DNA from: Verrucomicrobiota bacterium
GTDB lineage: Bacteria; Verrucomicrobiota; Lentisphaeria; Lentisphaerales; Lentisphaeraceae
Direction: 5' to 3'
Length of the DNA stretch: 46,135 nucleotides
NCBI GenBank assembly: GCA_039798785.1
Contig: JBDKFG010000034.1
Coordinates: 1-46,135, forward strand
Below, piece by piece: positions 36,201 through 45,200 of this stretch. Position 1 is the first letter of the stretch, and every line of letters begins with the position of its first letter. A model generated the notes under the pieces. The model did no database searches. It was not told the origin of the DNA and saw nothing but the letters and a program-made list of their open reading frames with translations. The translations under genes were made by a program, and so were the position numbers.

Positions 36201-38954
36201 GACGAGAGTGGAATCAGTGCCGAGGGTGTTGTCATCGCCGTCCTTCCAGGTGTAGGAGACGAAATTACTGGGAGGCACGCCATCCACGTCGCTGAGGTTG
36301 GCGGTCAGGGTCTGACCCTGGGTGGCGGTGCCGGAGATGCTCAAGGAGGGTGCGTCGTTGACGTTGGCTATGTAGGTGGAGGTGGCGGTGAAATCGGTGG
36401 TGCCTCCGAAGTTGTCGGTGCTGCGGGCCTTGAGACGCAGATAGCCGTAAACCTGGGACTGGTCGGTGGCGATCTGGTAGGAGTTGGAGGTGGCTCCCGA
36501 GATATCGGACCAGGTGCCGTTTTCGTAATCCGCATCGCTGGCGAACTGCCACTGGTAGCTGGTGGAGGCGATGCCGCCGTCGACATCGCTGAGGCCGGAG
36601 ACGTCGGCGCTCACCGTGCCTCCTTCCTCCACCGTGCCAGAAATGGCGAGCGTGCCGTCGGCTTCGTCCTCGACGTTGGCGACGAGCGAGCCGGCCGAGC
36701 TGAGGACGGTGCCGTCGTTGGTGGTGATCGAGAAGCGGAGGTACTGGCCGACGAGGCTTTGATCGGAAGGGATCGAGTAGCCTGAGGCGTTGGCGGTGCC
36801 GGGCGCGGCGCTCCAGCCGCTCGAACCGTTGGCCGAAACTTCCCAGGCGTAGCTGGAGACTGAGGCGGCTCCGTCTTCATCAGCGAGGGAGGCGACCGAG
36901 GCGGAGACCGAGCCGCCCTCCTCGACCGTGCCGCTGATCGCAAGGGTCGCGGTGGCGGCGTCATTGACGTTGGCGATCTGCTGCGAGGCCGAAGTGAAGC
37001 CGGTGGTGCCGCCGAAGGCGTCGGTGGATATCGCGGTGACGCGCAGGTATTTGCCGACCTGGCTCTGATCGGAAGCGATGCCGTAGCTGACGCCAGTGGC
37101 TCCGGCGAGATTGGAGAAGTTCACATTGTCGGTCGAGATCTGCCACTGGTAGCCGACGATGCTGATGCCGCCGTCGACATCATCGGCGCTGAGGACGGCA
37201 TTGACGGCAGCGCCCTCCTGCACGGTTCCCGAGATGTTGACGCTGCCGGTGGCCTCCTCTTCGACATTGGCCACCGAGCTGCTGAGGTTCGAGGTGACGG
37301 CTTCGCTGGTGCCCCCGAGGTCGACGTAAGAAGCGGTCACCTTGATCTGCTTCCCGACGTGGGCTTGAGTGAGGGTCAGGCTGCTGCCGACGCCCAAGGT
37401 GTTGCCGGCAGCGTCCTTCCAAGTGTAGGTGATGGCGCCGAGGCCGTCGCCGTCGGCAATATTGTTGGAGGCCATGAGGGTCTGGCCTTGGCTTGCGGCG
37501 CCGGTAATGGTGACGCTGCCGGTGGGAGCGTCGTTGGTGTTGGTGACGGCGCTGGTGAGGACGGAGCTGACCGATTCGGCCTTGCCGTGGGCATCGGTCC
37601 AGGAGGCAACGACCTTGATCTGCTTGCCGACGGCGGAGAGGCCGGGAGTGTAGGTGGCGCCGCTTCCGAGAGTGTTGCCTGCAGCGTCTTTCCAAGTGTA
37701 GGTGACAGTTCCTTTCCCGTCAGCGTCGCCAAGCGTGTCCAGTGCGTTCAGGACCTGGCCCTGGTCGGGCGTGGTGTCGGAGATGAGGAGGGTGCCAGTG
37801 GGTGCGGAGTTGATCCACAGCGAGAAAGAGGAGTTGACGGTGGAGCTGAGATTGTTGAGCGTGTAGCTGACACTGGCGCTGAGTGTTTTCGATGCCATAG
37901 CGCCGGTCAAGACGAGGCTGTTGGCGGCTCCGGACTGGACTTCCACGCCGCCGGAGAAGAATTTATAAGTGACGGCGGTGGCGCCGGAAGGCGGGGTGAA
38001 GCCGGCGGTGATGGTGGCGCCGACTTCGGTGCTGCCGGAGAGCACGAGATTGGAAGTGCTCGGGGGCGCCGAGGTGCTGGCGATGGTGACAGGAGACGAG
38101 AAGACGCTCTCGACGTTGTTCTTGAAGTCGAGGTACGTCACCTGGCAGTAGAGGATCTTGCCGACATGGGAGGAAGTGAGGACGAAGGATTGCCCGGTGG
38201 CGAGCTGGTTGTTGGCACTGTCCTTCCACCGGTAAGTTAAAGCCCCCATGCCGTCGGCATCGCGCACAGACGAGGCATCGGCGGTCAAGGTTTTGCCGGC
38301 TACCGCCTCGCCGACGATGAGAACCGAACCCGTCGGGGCAGCGTTGGCGATGGTGCCGGTGTTAGGTGGTGTCTGACCTTGCGGCGCGATGTTGAGGGTC
38401 GGCGCGGAAAGGACCGACTCGCCACCGCCTTTGGCATCGACGAAGACCAGTTGGCAACGTAGGATCTTGCCTTGCATAGCGCTGGTGAGGAGCAGGCTCG
38501 GGCCGGTGCCCACCTGGACGTTGTTGGCGTCTTTCCACCGATAGGCGGTGCTGGCGAAGGAGGCGGGAAGCCCGTCCGCATCGGTGATGCCGCTGGCATC
38601 GGCGGTCAAGGTCATGCCGACGGCGGCGGTGCCGGTGATCACGAGGCTGCCGGTCGCGAGATCGTTGACATTCGTGAAGGTGACGGTGGCCGTGGCTGAT
38701 TCGGTGGCCGTACTGAATCCCAGGACCGGTGCGCTTTCTGAGCCCAAGTGAGTGATGACGACGCGCCCGGCGATGGCCAGGTCTGCCCAGGTGCATGAGG
38801 TTTTGATGACGCCACCGACCTTGAGAACCGCTCCGGTGAAGTTCGCCGTGAATACGGTAGTGCTCGTCGGCGCCGTGGAAAAGCTACCGAAAAACGCTTG
38901 GCTGAGGGCGGCGGAACCGGCTTCGGCAATGACGACAGGTTTGGTAAACAGCAT
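27258..38954 (-). CDS. Giant (3898 aa) repetitive surface protein/adhesin: cadherin/Ig-like stalk, four 7-repeat beta-propeller sets, VCBS-like, RTX-like and bacterial Ig-like domains
   Basis: Single uninterrupted ORF; NDAPTGSV.I.G repeats; VNT..Q..P...L.DGG[FW]VVTW repeats; GGAGTD/GLAGDD nonapeptides; D.AGN and DTTAP Ig repeats; no Sec signal. Confidence 0.9.
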   Translation of the reverse strand: MLFTKPVVIAEAGSAALSQAFFGSFSTAPTSTTVFTANFTGAVLKVGGVIKTSCTWADLAIAGRVVITHLGSESAPVLGFSTATESATATVTFTNVNDLATGSLVITGTAAVGMTLTADASGITDADGLPASFASTAYRWKDANNVQVGTGPSLLLTSAMQGKILRCQLVFVDAKGGGESVLSAPTLNIAPQGQTPPNTGTIANAAPTGSVLIVGEAVAGKTLTADASSVRDADGMGALTYRWKDSANNQLATGQSFVLTSSHVGKILYCQVTYLDFKNNVESVFSSPVTIASTSAPPSTSNLVLSGSTEVGATITAGFTPPSGATAVTYKFFSGGVEVQSGAANSLVLTGAMASKTLSASVSYTLNNLSSTVNSSFSLWINSAPTGTLLISDTTPDQGQVLNALDTLGDADGKGTVTYTWKDAAGNTLGSGATYTPGLSAVGKQIKVVASWTDAHGKAESVSSVLTSAVTNTNDAPTGSVTITGAASQGQTLMASNNIADGDGLGAITYTWKDAAGNTLGVGSSLTLTQAHVGKQIKVTASYVDLGGTSEAVTSNLSSSVANVEEEATGSVNISGTVQEGAAVNAVLSADDVDGGISIVGYQWQISTDNVNFSNLAGATGVSYGIASDQSQVGKYLRVTAISTDAFGGTTGFTSASQQIANVNDAATATLAISGTVEEGGSVSASVASLADEDGAASVSSYAWEVSANGSSGWSAAPGTANASGYSIPSDQSLVGQYLRFSITTNDGTVLSSAGSLVANVEDEADGTLAISGTVEEGGTVSADVSGLSDVDGGIASTSYQWQFASDADYENGTWSDISGATSNSYQIATDQSQVYGYLRLKARSTDNFGGTTDFTATSTYIANVNDAPSLSISGTATQGQTLTANLSDVDGVPPSNFVSYTWKDGDDNTLGTDSTLVLTQAHVGKTISVSASYVDAAGTSESLSSTATNAVANVNDAPTGSVTISGILRQGYTLTADSSSIDDADGLGTLHYQWKAGGVNVGSDSSTYALGADDVGKAVTVTVSYTDGFSANESVISAATAAVAAPVSFSEKHLDSGGADAMVNTVTGSHQSAAAIAILSGGGYVVAWQGNQSGNYDIYAQIYDADGVAVGTEIAVNATTTLTQEAPVVAALDGGGFAIAWAGEESGDSNIYLRLFDAAGVAQGVETQINSASTATQRSPEVTLLASGGFLLAWAGDQNGSYDIYARRFDASGVAQGAEITVASNPAIDDRDPSLAVLSNGDFIVAWMKDYETYFQRLDANGVPQGGATLCDNDFSGNTVSVAALSGGGFIITWSAYYDYDDVYGRIYDAAGNALGERFLVSFPYGYHYNPDVVGLADGGFRIVWTGDDDIYARSFSANGTARDDGERLNTVTESDQRHPDAAVLADGGLVTVWSGRQNGNFDIYQHYDSLVITPLSSFVKTINETVAMDELKASTGQIFPDEEGWSFTPETNVGLFGTLSINADGTYLYTPDATKINLLPAGAYTESFTFNAGNGSESRTLTLNVAIQGADDGEFIVNTAMTSDQYNPAIAQLGDGGFVVTWYGLATGQYHIYARRYDAELQPVGEEFQVNSENYGTGVAVSDLADGGLLFTWERYNTDNGTYDIYARRFDRELNPQGSDFMVNTTGISGEFQFEPSVSDLADGGYLLSWHAGNSGTDDIFARRYDSDFNAIGNDFVVNSNLSNSQKHGKGIGLADGGFLVTWSLNEGDIFARRFDASGNPVGNDFAVNTTTAGTQDNAMAIALGDGGFLITWESEGSICARRFDSAFNPVGNEFVVSTTSGSMIHAQAASLAGGGFVITWEGPGGNKDILARIYDGDFNPLGNDFVVNTTTLNDQATPRISGLDDGSFVVSWHGNNPVTGSTDIFAAHFAADGTRISHSQQSGTVAADILTGSGNANDAFINIGAGDSALGLAGDDVFALSASDFTAINGGAGTDTLMLSGTVNLADFSFKLTSIERFEGGAGTDVFTGTDADESFVYSAGGDSIDAGNGTDTLLLRGIIDASEFAGFSGFERYELIGDTTLLGALPDSLVIEGSALQLLNIAGYLYVSNAAGYDRWTFGGDDILVDEDIRIVNHQHSGGVSISGTAQAGVILSASSTLGDADGLGTLHYQWQADGSNVGTDASTYAPVAGDVGKAITVSVYYTDVQGHFEIARSAATDAVAPAAVFTETRPLTSGGEVWVSTSPYTQESPAVTGLEDGGWVVTWMSFEEDGGGYGIYQKRFDADGNEINSSRVNGAASVANDQRNPSVTALHDGGWVVTWMADQDGDGFGIYQQRYSASGAQVGSENLVNNSVTGAISSQELPAVTALEDGGWAVAWISFNQDGYGGGIYQQRYSAAGVKVGGENQVNDAATGADHDQRDACLTGLADGGWVVTWKSSQDNYAWGVYQQRYDAAGAKVGSETLVNDELTSTNYHQEFPSVTALASGGWLTTWMATDQDGYDWGVFQQLFDASGAKIGGEVQVNTAFQYDQRFPKVTALADGGWVITWKSNADTDGAAYNIYQQVFASDGTPVGGETLVNTFTVGEQEQSAISGLADGGWVVTWQSNGQDGSASGIYQQRYLPRGVTDTAASDDFDPVTGNIAADEGGWTYAGSATGRYGSITVNADGSYSYTPDDHKINLLPAGSFTDSFAVTASKDGAVDREITVQIAITGADDRESQVNTWILENQVSSNIATLKDGGWIVTWQSDNQDGDSIGIFFQRYDSTGAALGAELQANTTFAGTQDRAHVAALEDGGWVITWSSADAESTGIYQQRYAADGSLVGSESPVNSYTDSTQENPKVTGLADGGWLVTWSSYGQDGDGYGVYQKRFAADGSAGADILVNSTASDWQFSSAVTALEDGGWVVTWESFQAADSSGGIFQKRFAADGTAGAEVQVNTETGNAQTGANLSSLADGGWLVTWSSYGHDEAGGFGIFQQRYTAAGNATGGEVQVNSHTLYDQMRSSTAGLSGGGWVVVWESNGQDANGSGVFLQIYAADGSLVGGELQVNATSRDAQSNPRVDALPDGGFLVTWDSNEQDSAGSWGIYQARFAADGSRLSHSEQSGVAAPETLSGSANANDLITGIDVEDVVLGLAGDDIFETNNGDFTSIDGGAGDDVLRISQSTDLEAVAAKLTAVEHLRVSEVLADGTQINGTAAQTLEIRADYTFDGILGIYDIWESADGDQLWVDSDIQIENHAASATLAFSAAPQVGAELSAIVTGLADADGLPALEDMIFSWFVDGNYAWGLSTFTPDPADAGKPVYFTVAYTDAQGHAESFSSASATIIGVTGASFRQVSSDTDDLVPADSITNQSTADLIFEYTGSDLAAGTSFQYSVDGTTWQTVVPGDVDTEGDLVYLKTQDTSSSSTFSLRAINELGQASTLLGSQTITYDATAPNAPTLSWIGGVSNDSGASDSDLITNVDRPYVRVSLTGTNALVGDLITVYTHSPITDATHTVTSDDLETGYVDIQAATLEYESDGAHYYDADITDAAGNTSTLSNAVNITYDTTAPAVAFTSLDDDAGSITGNLNVGDSTDDTELGLSGTCELGAIVKVFDGLSYLGDASVLNGSWSFTASLVNGSSYAFNVTATDEAGNESSPTGSVNITADTSAPTLTVSGVDLSDDAGHSNTDFVTSVEIQTITAVLSGNLADGDKLFGRLNGSDWIDISSKVSGTAVSWDNATLVGSNSIEFKLADAVGNEGSITGSQAYVLDTTPPTTEVSTIALSNDSHNDFRVNQMSQTVSGTLSATLAAGEKVVITVDGTNYDYATANEGSNSWSWTGSLSGSDITVWVQDQAGNDGAASNQSYTIDTTAPDLQSISFPGSPDLNSPTTFTFTFSENVREFDLSDINCGSNGIMSGLSSNDNGITWTALFTPNDFDPHPGQSMSVTVGSVEDYAGNVYVGNYSIPFDIAGIS

Positions 38955-38995
38955 GGCGATGGCCTCTGGGGTTGATGGTGCAGGAGCTTTCCGCT

Positions 38996-39012
38996 CGCAT
39001 CAGACATGCCGG
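38996..39012 (-). promoter_or_regulatory. Putative sigma-54 (-24/-12) promoter of the 3898-aa gene
   Basis: Minus strand CCGGCATGTCTGATGCG: GG-N10-GC with GGCAT, ~42 nt upstream of ATG. Confidence 0.5.
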
Positions 39013-39126
39013 AAAAGAGCTAGTCAGGCTATTCAAGATCAAGAAAAATTTCCATCGCGAGAAAAGACTCGCCCGCGACACGATGATGTAGAGTTCCGCG
39101 ACATCGCGCCACCCGCACTAAACTAT

Positions 39127-39158
39127 ACAGAAAGCCCGCCGGATCACTCCGGCGGGCT
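39127..39158 (-). terminator. Rho-independent terminator after the LEPRxLL gene
   Basis: agcccgccgga-tcac-tccggcgggct perfect 11-bp stem then ttctgt on minus strand. Confidence 0.8.
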
Positions 39159-39206
39159 CCCGCTCTTATGGTTTCAAGTTTAAACCTTAAACTTGGAACT
39201 AGGTGT

Positions 39207-42200
39207 TCAAGACCGGAAGGCGTCGACCTCGATGCTGAGGGCGTCGCTGAGGCTGGGGCGCTGCATGAAGTCGGCCCAAGCGAGATCATCGCCAGCCACC
39301 GGCTTGTGAGTCGCCTTCGCCCAGTCGATCAGACCATCAGAATCCTGCATGCTGCGGAACTCCTCGATCATCGAGCTCTCTTCAGCCGTGGTGAGAGTCG
39401 TCGTGATTGAGGCGGCTTGACCCTGGCGACCGCTGGTCAGGGCGCTGCCGCTGTTGTCGCGGTAGTAGACCCAAGCCGTGACGGTGTTGCCGGCCGACGC
39501 CAAGGAGCTCAGGTCGACGGTCAAGGAATAAGCCCCTCCAGCGGTGGTGGTGGTGGTCGACAGAACCAGAGTCCGGCCATTGTTGATCTGGAGAACGATG
39601 GTCACCGGCGAACCGACCACGGTAGAGCCAGCCGCAGTGCCGCTGATCGTATAAGTGGACACCGCAGTGCTGCCGACCGAACGGGTCGGGACGGTCGCGT
39701 TGGTGGTGCGATAGGCAATTGCCGGGCTGGCACTGTTGCTGGTGATGATCGCAGTACCGCCGGAGGGGGTCTGCTTCATGGTGACGACCAGAGCGGTACC
39801 GTTGGTCGCCGCGTAGGTGCCGAAGTTGATCGTGGTCGACCAGGCACCGGTCTGGGCATCAGCAGTGACGATGACGCTGTTCTTGGTGGCGATGGTGACC
39901 TGCACCTGAGCACCAGGCTTGGCGTAACCGCTGATGCGGTAAGCCGACTTGTTGGCGGGCGTGACATCACCGACACCGACAGTCGAGATGTCGTTGGTGT
40001 TCTTGGTGATCATGGTGCTGGAGTTGGAGCTCACGTTACCAGCGTAGTCAGTCTGCTTGGTGACGACGGTCAAGGTACCATCAGGCAGGTTGGCCAGGTT
40101 GACGTTGGTGGTCCAAACGCCAGCGGCATTGGCTTGCACAACGATCGGGTAGGTCGGCAGGATGCCGCCGGGAGCGATCGGGCCGGCGCCGCCGGTGCTG
40201 GTGATGCTGGTGATTTCCACCGTGGCGAAGGCTTCGGCCGTACCGCTGATGGTGTAGTTCCAGGCATTCATCGCCGACATGGCGGGGAGGGTGACACCGG
40301 GAGCGGCGGCGCTGTTGTCGAAGTCGGCGGTCAGCGAGTTGACAGTCTTGCTTTCACGAGTCCAGCCACCAGCAACGTTAGTTTCCACGGCCACGATGCT
40401 CAGCTCTTCGTCGCCGTTGTTGGCCCAGACGCCGCCAGGGATGTCGGCGCTGGTGAGGTCGGCGGGAGTGTCGGCAATGCTCGTGAGATCCAACTGGTAG
40501 TTGCCGCTGCCGAGGCTGGTGATGGCCGAGGGAGCCAGGGCGACGCCATTGATCTTGAAGCCGATGGTGGAACCGGCCTGGGCACCGGCGACGTTGACGA
40601 CGAAGGCATCCTGCTGGTTGAGGCTGGCGTTGGCGAGGGAGTCAGGGCCGGCAACGATGTCATCGCCGACATGAGTCACCACAAGGGCGGCGACGACGTT
40701 GATGCTGACCGTGGCAGGAGAGGAGTTGACCGTGCCGTCATTGGCAACATAGGTGAAGGTGTAGGTGCTGTCGCCGACAGCAGGAGTGCCGCCGGTCGTG
40801 TTGTAAGTGAAGGTGCCATTGCTGCTCATGGTCAAGGTGCCATTGCTGATGCCGGCGGTGATCGAAGCGGTGATGGTTTCGATATCGACATCAGTATCAT
40901 TGCCGAGGATGCCGGCGCTGACAGTGCTGACGGTCAAGGTGTCGCCGACTTCAACGACGTAGACATCATTGCTAGCGGTGGGGGCGTCGTTCTGGCCGTT
41001 GATGGTGATGGTGACCGTGGTTTCTGCACCGGTCGAGGCGGTGACCACGAAGGTGTCGGTCAGGGTTTCGGTGTCATCCAACGAGTTGACAGCGCTGTTG
41101 GTGTTGTCGAGGGTGTAGGTCCAGACACCGGCGGCAGTCAGGCCGTAGGTGCCGTAGCCGCCGACAGTGGCAGCCCCGGCGGTGACCGAAGTCCAAGTGT
41201 CATCGGGGTCGGCGAGATCGCGGTCGGTGAAGTTCAGGTCGCCAGAGGAGGTGGGAGTACCGGCATTAGCTGCGCCCGCCTCAGTGACGGCACCGGTGCT
41301 GACGCCGGAGTAATCCGGAGTGTCATCGGCGGCGACGATGTTGACGGTGTAGGTGTAGGTGCCGGTGGCGCCGTTGTCGTCGGTCACGGTGATGGTGAAG
41401 ACGTCGGTGTAGGTGCCGGACTTGAGTTCTTCAATGGCGGCATCGACGGGGACGTAGCTGTAGGTACCGTCGGCATTGACGGTGAGGGTGCCGTAAGTGC
41501 CGGTGGAGGTACCGGTGTAGGTCAATTGGCCGGCGGTATCGTCAACGTCGCTGGCGGTGAAGGTGCCGTTGGAGGTGGTGAAGGTGTCGTCAGCGCTGGT
41601 ATCGGTGTAGGTCGGGCCGGTGACATTGCTGCCAGTGGGGCCGTCGTTGGTACCGGTGACGGTGATGGTGACGATGCGGGTGGCGCCATCGGTGCCGACG
41701 AGGGTGAAGGTGTCGGTGGGCGCGTCGCCGACATCAAGAGCCTGAGTGGCGTTGAGGGTGTTGTCGAGGGTATAGGTCCAGGCACCGGCGCTATCGACGG
41801 TGTAGGAACCGTAGGTGGTGCTGGCGCTGGTGGCGGTCCAGACATCGTTCTGACCGTCGGCATCGGTGTAAGAGGCATTGCCGGTGGAGGTGGCGGTGCC
41901 AGCGACGCCGTAGCCGGCTTCAGTCACGGCGCCGGTGCTGCCATCGGTGCTGACCACGGGGGTGTCGTTGGTGCCGTTGATGGTGACGGTGTAGGTGAAG
42001 GTGCTGGTGACGGTGCCGTCGCTGACGCTGATGGTGAAGGTTTCGGTGGCGGACTGGCCGGCGCCGAGGGCATCGACAGCGGCCTCGTTGGGGTTGTAGG
42101 TGTAGCTGCCGTCGGTGTTGACGGTGAGGGTGCCGTAGGTCTGGGTCGAGGTGCCAGTGAAGGTCAGGGGCTCGACATCGACGTCGGTGGCGACAAAGTT

Positions 42201-45200
42201 GCCGGTCAGATCGGTGAGCGTGCCGCCGGTGGCGGCGGTGTCATTGACGGTGCCGGTGGCGCTGGTGCCGACGGGCGCGTCGTTCTGGCCGTTGATGGTG
42301 ACGGTGACAGTCTGCGCGCTGCCGTTGGTGGGGGTGATGGTGAAGGTGTCGGTGAGAGTCTCGGTGTCATCCAAGCCATCAACTGCGGCGTTGCCGTTGC
42401 TGAGGGTGTAGGTCCAGACGCCGGAAGTGGTGACGGCGTAGCTGCCGTAACCGCCGATGGTAACGGCGGAGGGGCCGGCGGCAGTCCAGACATCCTGGGC
42501 CTGAGCGGTGTCGCGGTCGCTGTAGTTGGCGTCGCCGGAGACAGTGGAGGTGCCGGCGGAGACATAACCAGATTCGATCACCGTGCCGCTGTAGCTGCCG
42601 GTGAAGACGGGGGTGTCGTTGGCGCCGGTGATGTTGACGGTGTAGGTGAAGGTGCCGGTGGCGCCGTTGTCATCGGTCACGGTGATGGTGAAGGTGTCCG
42701 AGGCGTTGGCGGTGAGGGCTTCGATCGCCGCGTCATTGGGGGTGTAGGTGTAGCCGCCGCCGCTGAGGACGGAGAAGGTACCGTAGGTGCCGACGGTGGT
42801 GTTGGTGGCGTAGGTCAGCTCACCGGCGGTGTCATCGACATCGTTGGCGGTGAAGGTGCCGGTCAGGTTAGCGAAGGTGTCGTCAGCCGCGGTGTCGGTG
42901 ATGGTGCCGGTGGAGTTGGTGCCGGTGGGGGCGTCGTTCTGGCCGTTGATGGTGATGGTGACGGTCTGGCCACCGATGCCGCCGTTGGTGGGGCTGATGG
43001 TGAAGGTGTCTACCAAGGTGGCACCGAGGTCGAGAGCCTGGACTGCGGCGTTGGCATTGTCGAGGGTGAAGGTCCAGACGCCGGAGGTGGTGACGGCGAA
43101 GGTGCCGTAGCCGTTGGTGGTGGCTGCTGCGGGGCCGGCGGCGGTCCAGACGTCTTGGGCCTGGGCGGTGTCGCGGTCGCTGTAGTTGGCGTCGCCGGAG
43201 ACAGTGGAGGTGCCGGCGCTGACGGTGCCGGCGGTGGGGTTGAGGATGCCGGCTTCGACGACGGTGCCGCTGAAGCTGCCGCTGGTGACCGGGGTGTCAT
43301 CGGCGCCGGTGAAGTTCACGGTGTAGGTGAAGCTGCCGGTGGCGCCATTGTCGTCGGTGACGGTGATGGTGAAGACATCGGAGGCGTTGGCGGTGAGGGC
43401 TTCGACCGCGGCATCGTTGACAGAGTAGGTGTAGGTGCCGTTGCTGCTGAGGGTGAGGGTGCCGTAGGTGCCGACAGTGGTGTTGGTGGTGTAGCTCAGC
43501 TCGCTGCTGGTGTCATCGACGTCACTGCCGACAAAGGTGCCAGTCGGATTGGTGAAGGTGTCGTTAGCGGCGGTGTCCGCGATGGTGGTGGAGACATTGG
43601 TGCCGGTGGGGGCATCGTTCTGACCGGTGATGGTGATGGTGACGGTCTGGGCGCTGATGCCGCCGTTGGTGGGGCTGATGGTGAAAGTGTCGGTCAGGGT
43701 GGCGCCGATATCGAGCGCCTGGACGGTGGCGTTGGCGTTGTCAAGGGTGTAGGTCCAGACGCCGGCGGCGGTGACGCCGTAGGTGCCATAAGCGCCGATG
43801 GTGGCGGCACCTGCGGTGACCGAGGTCCATGCGTCCTGGGGCTGGGCGGTGTCGCGGTCGCTGTAGTTGGCGTCGCCGGTGGCGGTGGGGGTGCCGGCGC
43901 TAACGGTACCGGCGGTGGGGAAGAGGATGCCGGCTTCGACGACGCTGCCGCTGTAGCTGCCGCTGGTGACCGGCGTGTCGTTGGCGCCGACGAGATTGAT
44001 GGTGTAGGTGAAGGCGGTGGAGGCGCCTTTGTCATCGGTGACCAGGACGTTGAAGACTTCGGTGGTGTTGGCGGTCAGCGCTTCGATAGCGGCGTCGTTG
44101 GGAACGAAGGTGTAGGTGCCGTTGGTGTTGACGGTCAGAGTACCGTAGGTGCCGGTGGAGGTGCCGGTGAAGGTCGAAGTGGCGCCGGTGTCGACGTCGG
44201 AAGCTGTGAAGGTGCCGCTGGTGCTGGCGAAGGTGTCATCGCCGGCAGTGTCGGTGTAGGTCGGGCCGGTGACGTTGCTGGCGGTGGGCGAGTCGTTGGT
44301 ACCGGTGATGACGACGGTGACGGTGGCGCTGTTGCTGCCGTTGACGATGACGAAGCTGTCGGTGATTGATTGGCCTTCGGCGAGAGCGTTGACGGTGGAG
44401 TTGCCGTTGTTGAGGGCGTAGTTCCAGTTGTTGCCGACGATCGAGCCAGTGCCGTAAGTGCCGGTGGTGCTGGTCGACCAGCCAGCGCCGACGGCGCCGG
44501 TGTCGGTGTTGGTGCCGGCGTCAACGGTGCCGTTGTCGAAGTTGCCGGATTCGCGGACGGCGCCGACGAGATCGATGACGTTGATGGTCAAGGTCTGCTG
44601 GGTGCTCCAGCGGCCTTCGGAGTCGGCGACCTGGAAGTTGACCACGGTGGTGGTGGCGCCTGAAGCCGCGTTGTACTTGAGTTTGCCACCGGAGATCTGG
44701 GTCAAGGTGAATTCGCCGCTGGCGACCGCGATGTTGGAGGCGCCGTAAGCGAGGGTGATGTTGCCGGAAGCGACGCCGGTGATGCGGATGCGATTGAGGG
44801 CGTTGAGGTCGATGGCGTCGGCATAAGTGCCGAAGTCGTTCAAGGTGAGCGCGACGTAACCGGCGTTGTCGGCGGTGTAGGTGGTGTCGGCGGTGACAGT
44901 GGGGGCGGTGTGAATGTCGACGGCGGCATTCTTGGTGGCGCCGCCGTTGACGCTGTAGGTGAATGAGTAGTCGGCGACGGCGTTGGCGTTGACAGCGCCG
45001 ACGACATCAAAGGTGAGGGCGCCAAGGACATCGGCGTAGTCGAGAGTGACGGGGCCGGAGAGGACGTTGCCGAAGAGGAGAAGTCGGCCGGTGCTGGCGT
45101 TGGTGGTGTTGGTGATGATGGTCAGGGTGTTGCCGGAGGCCATGCCGAAGTCGGCGGGAGTGAAATTGTATCCGTTGAAGTCGTCTTCGTTGTCCTGAAC

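Noticed and set aside
39417..44369. 1650-aa plus-strand ORF
   Set aside because: Antisense shadow of the GC3-biased LEPRxLL gene; G/V/D-rich, no motifs
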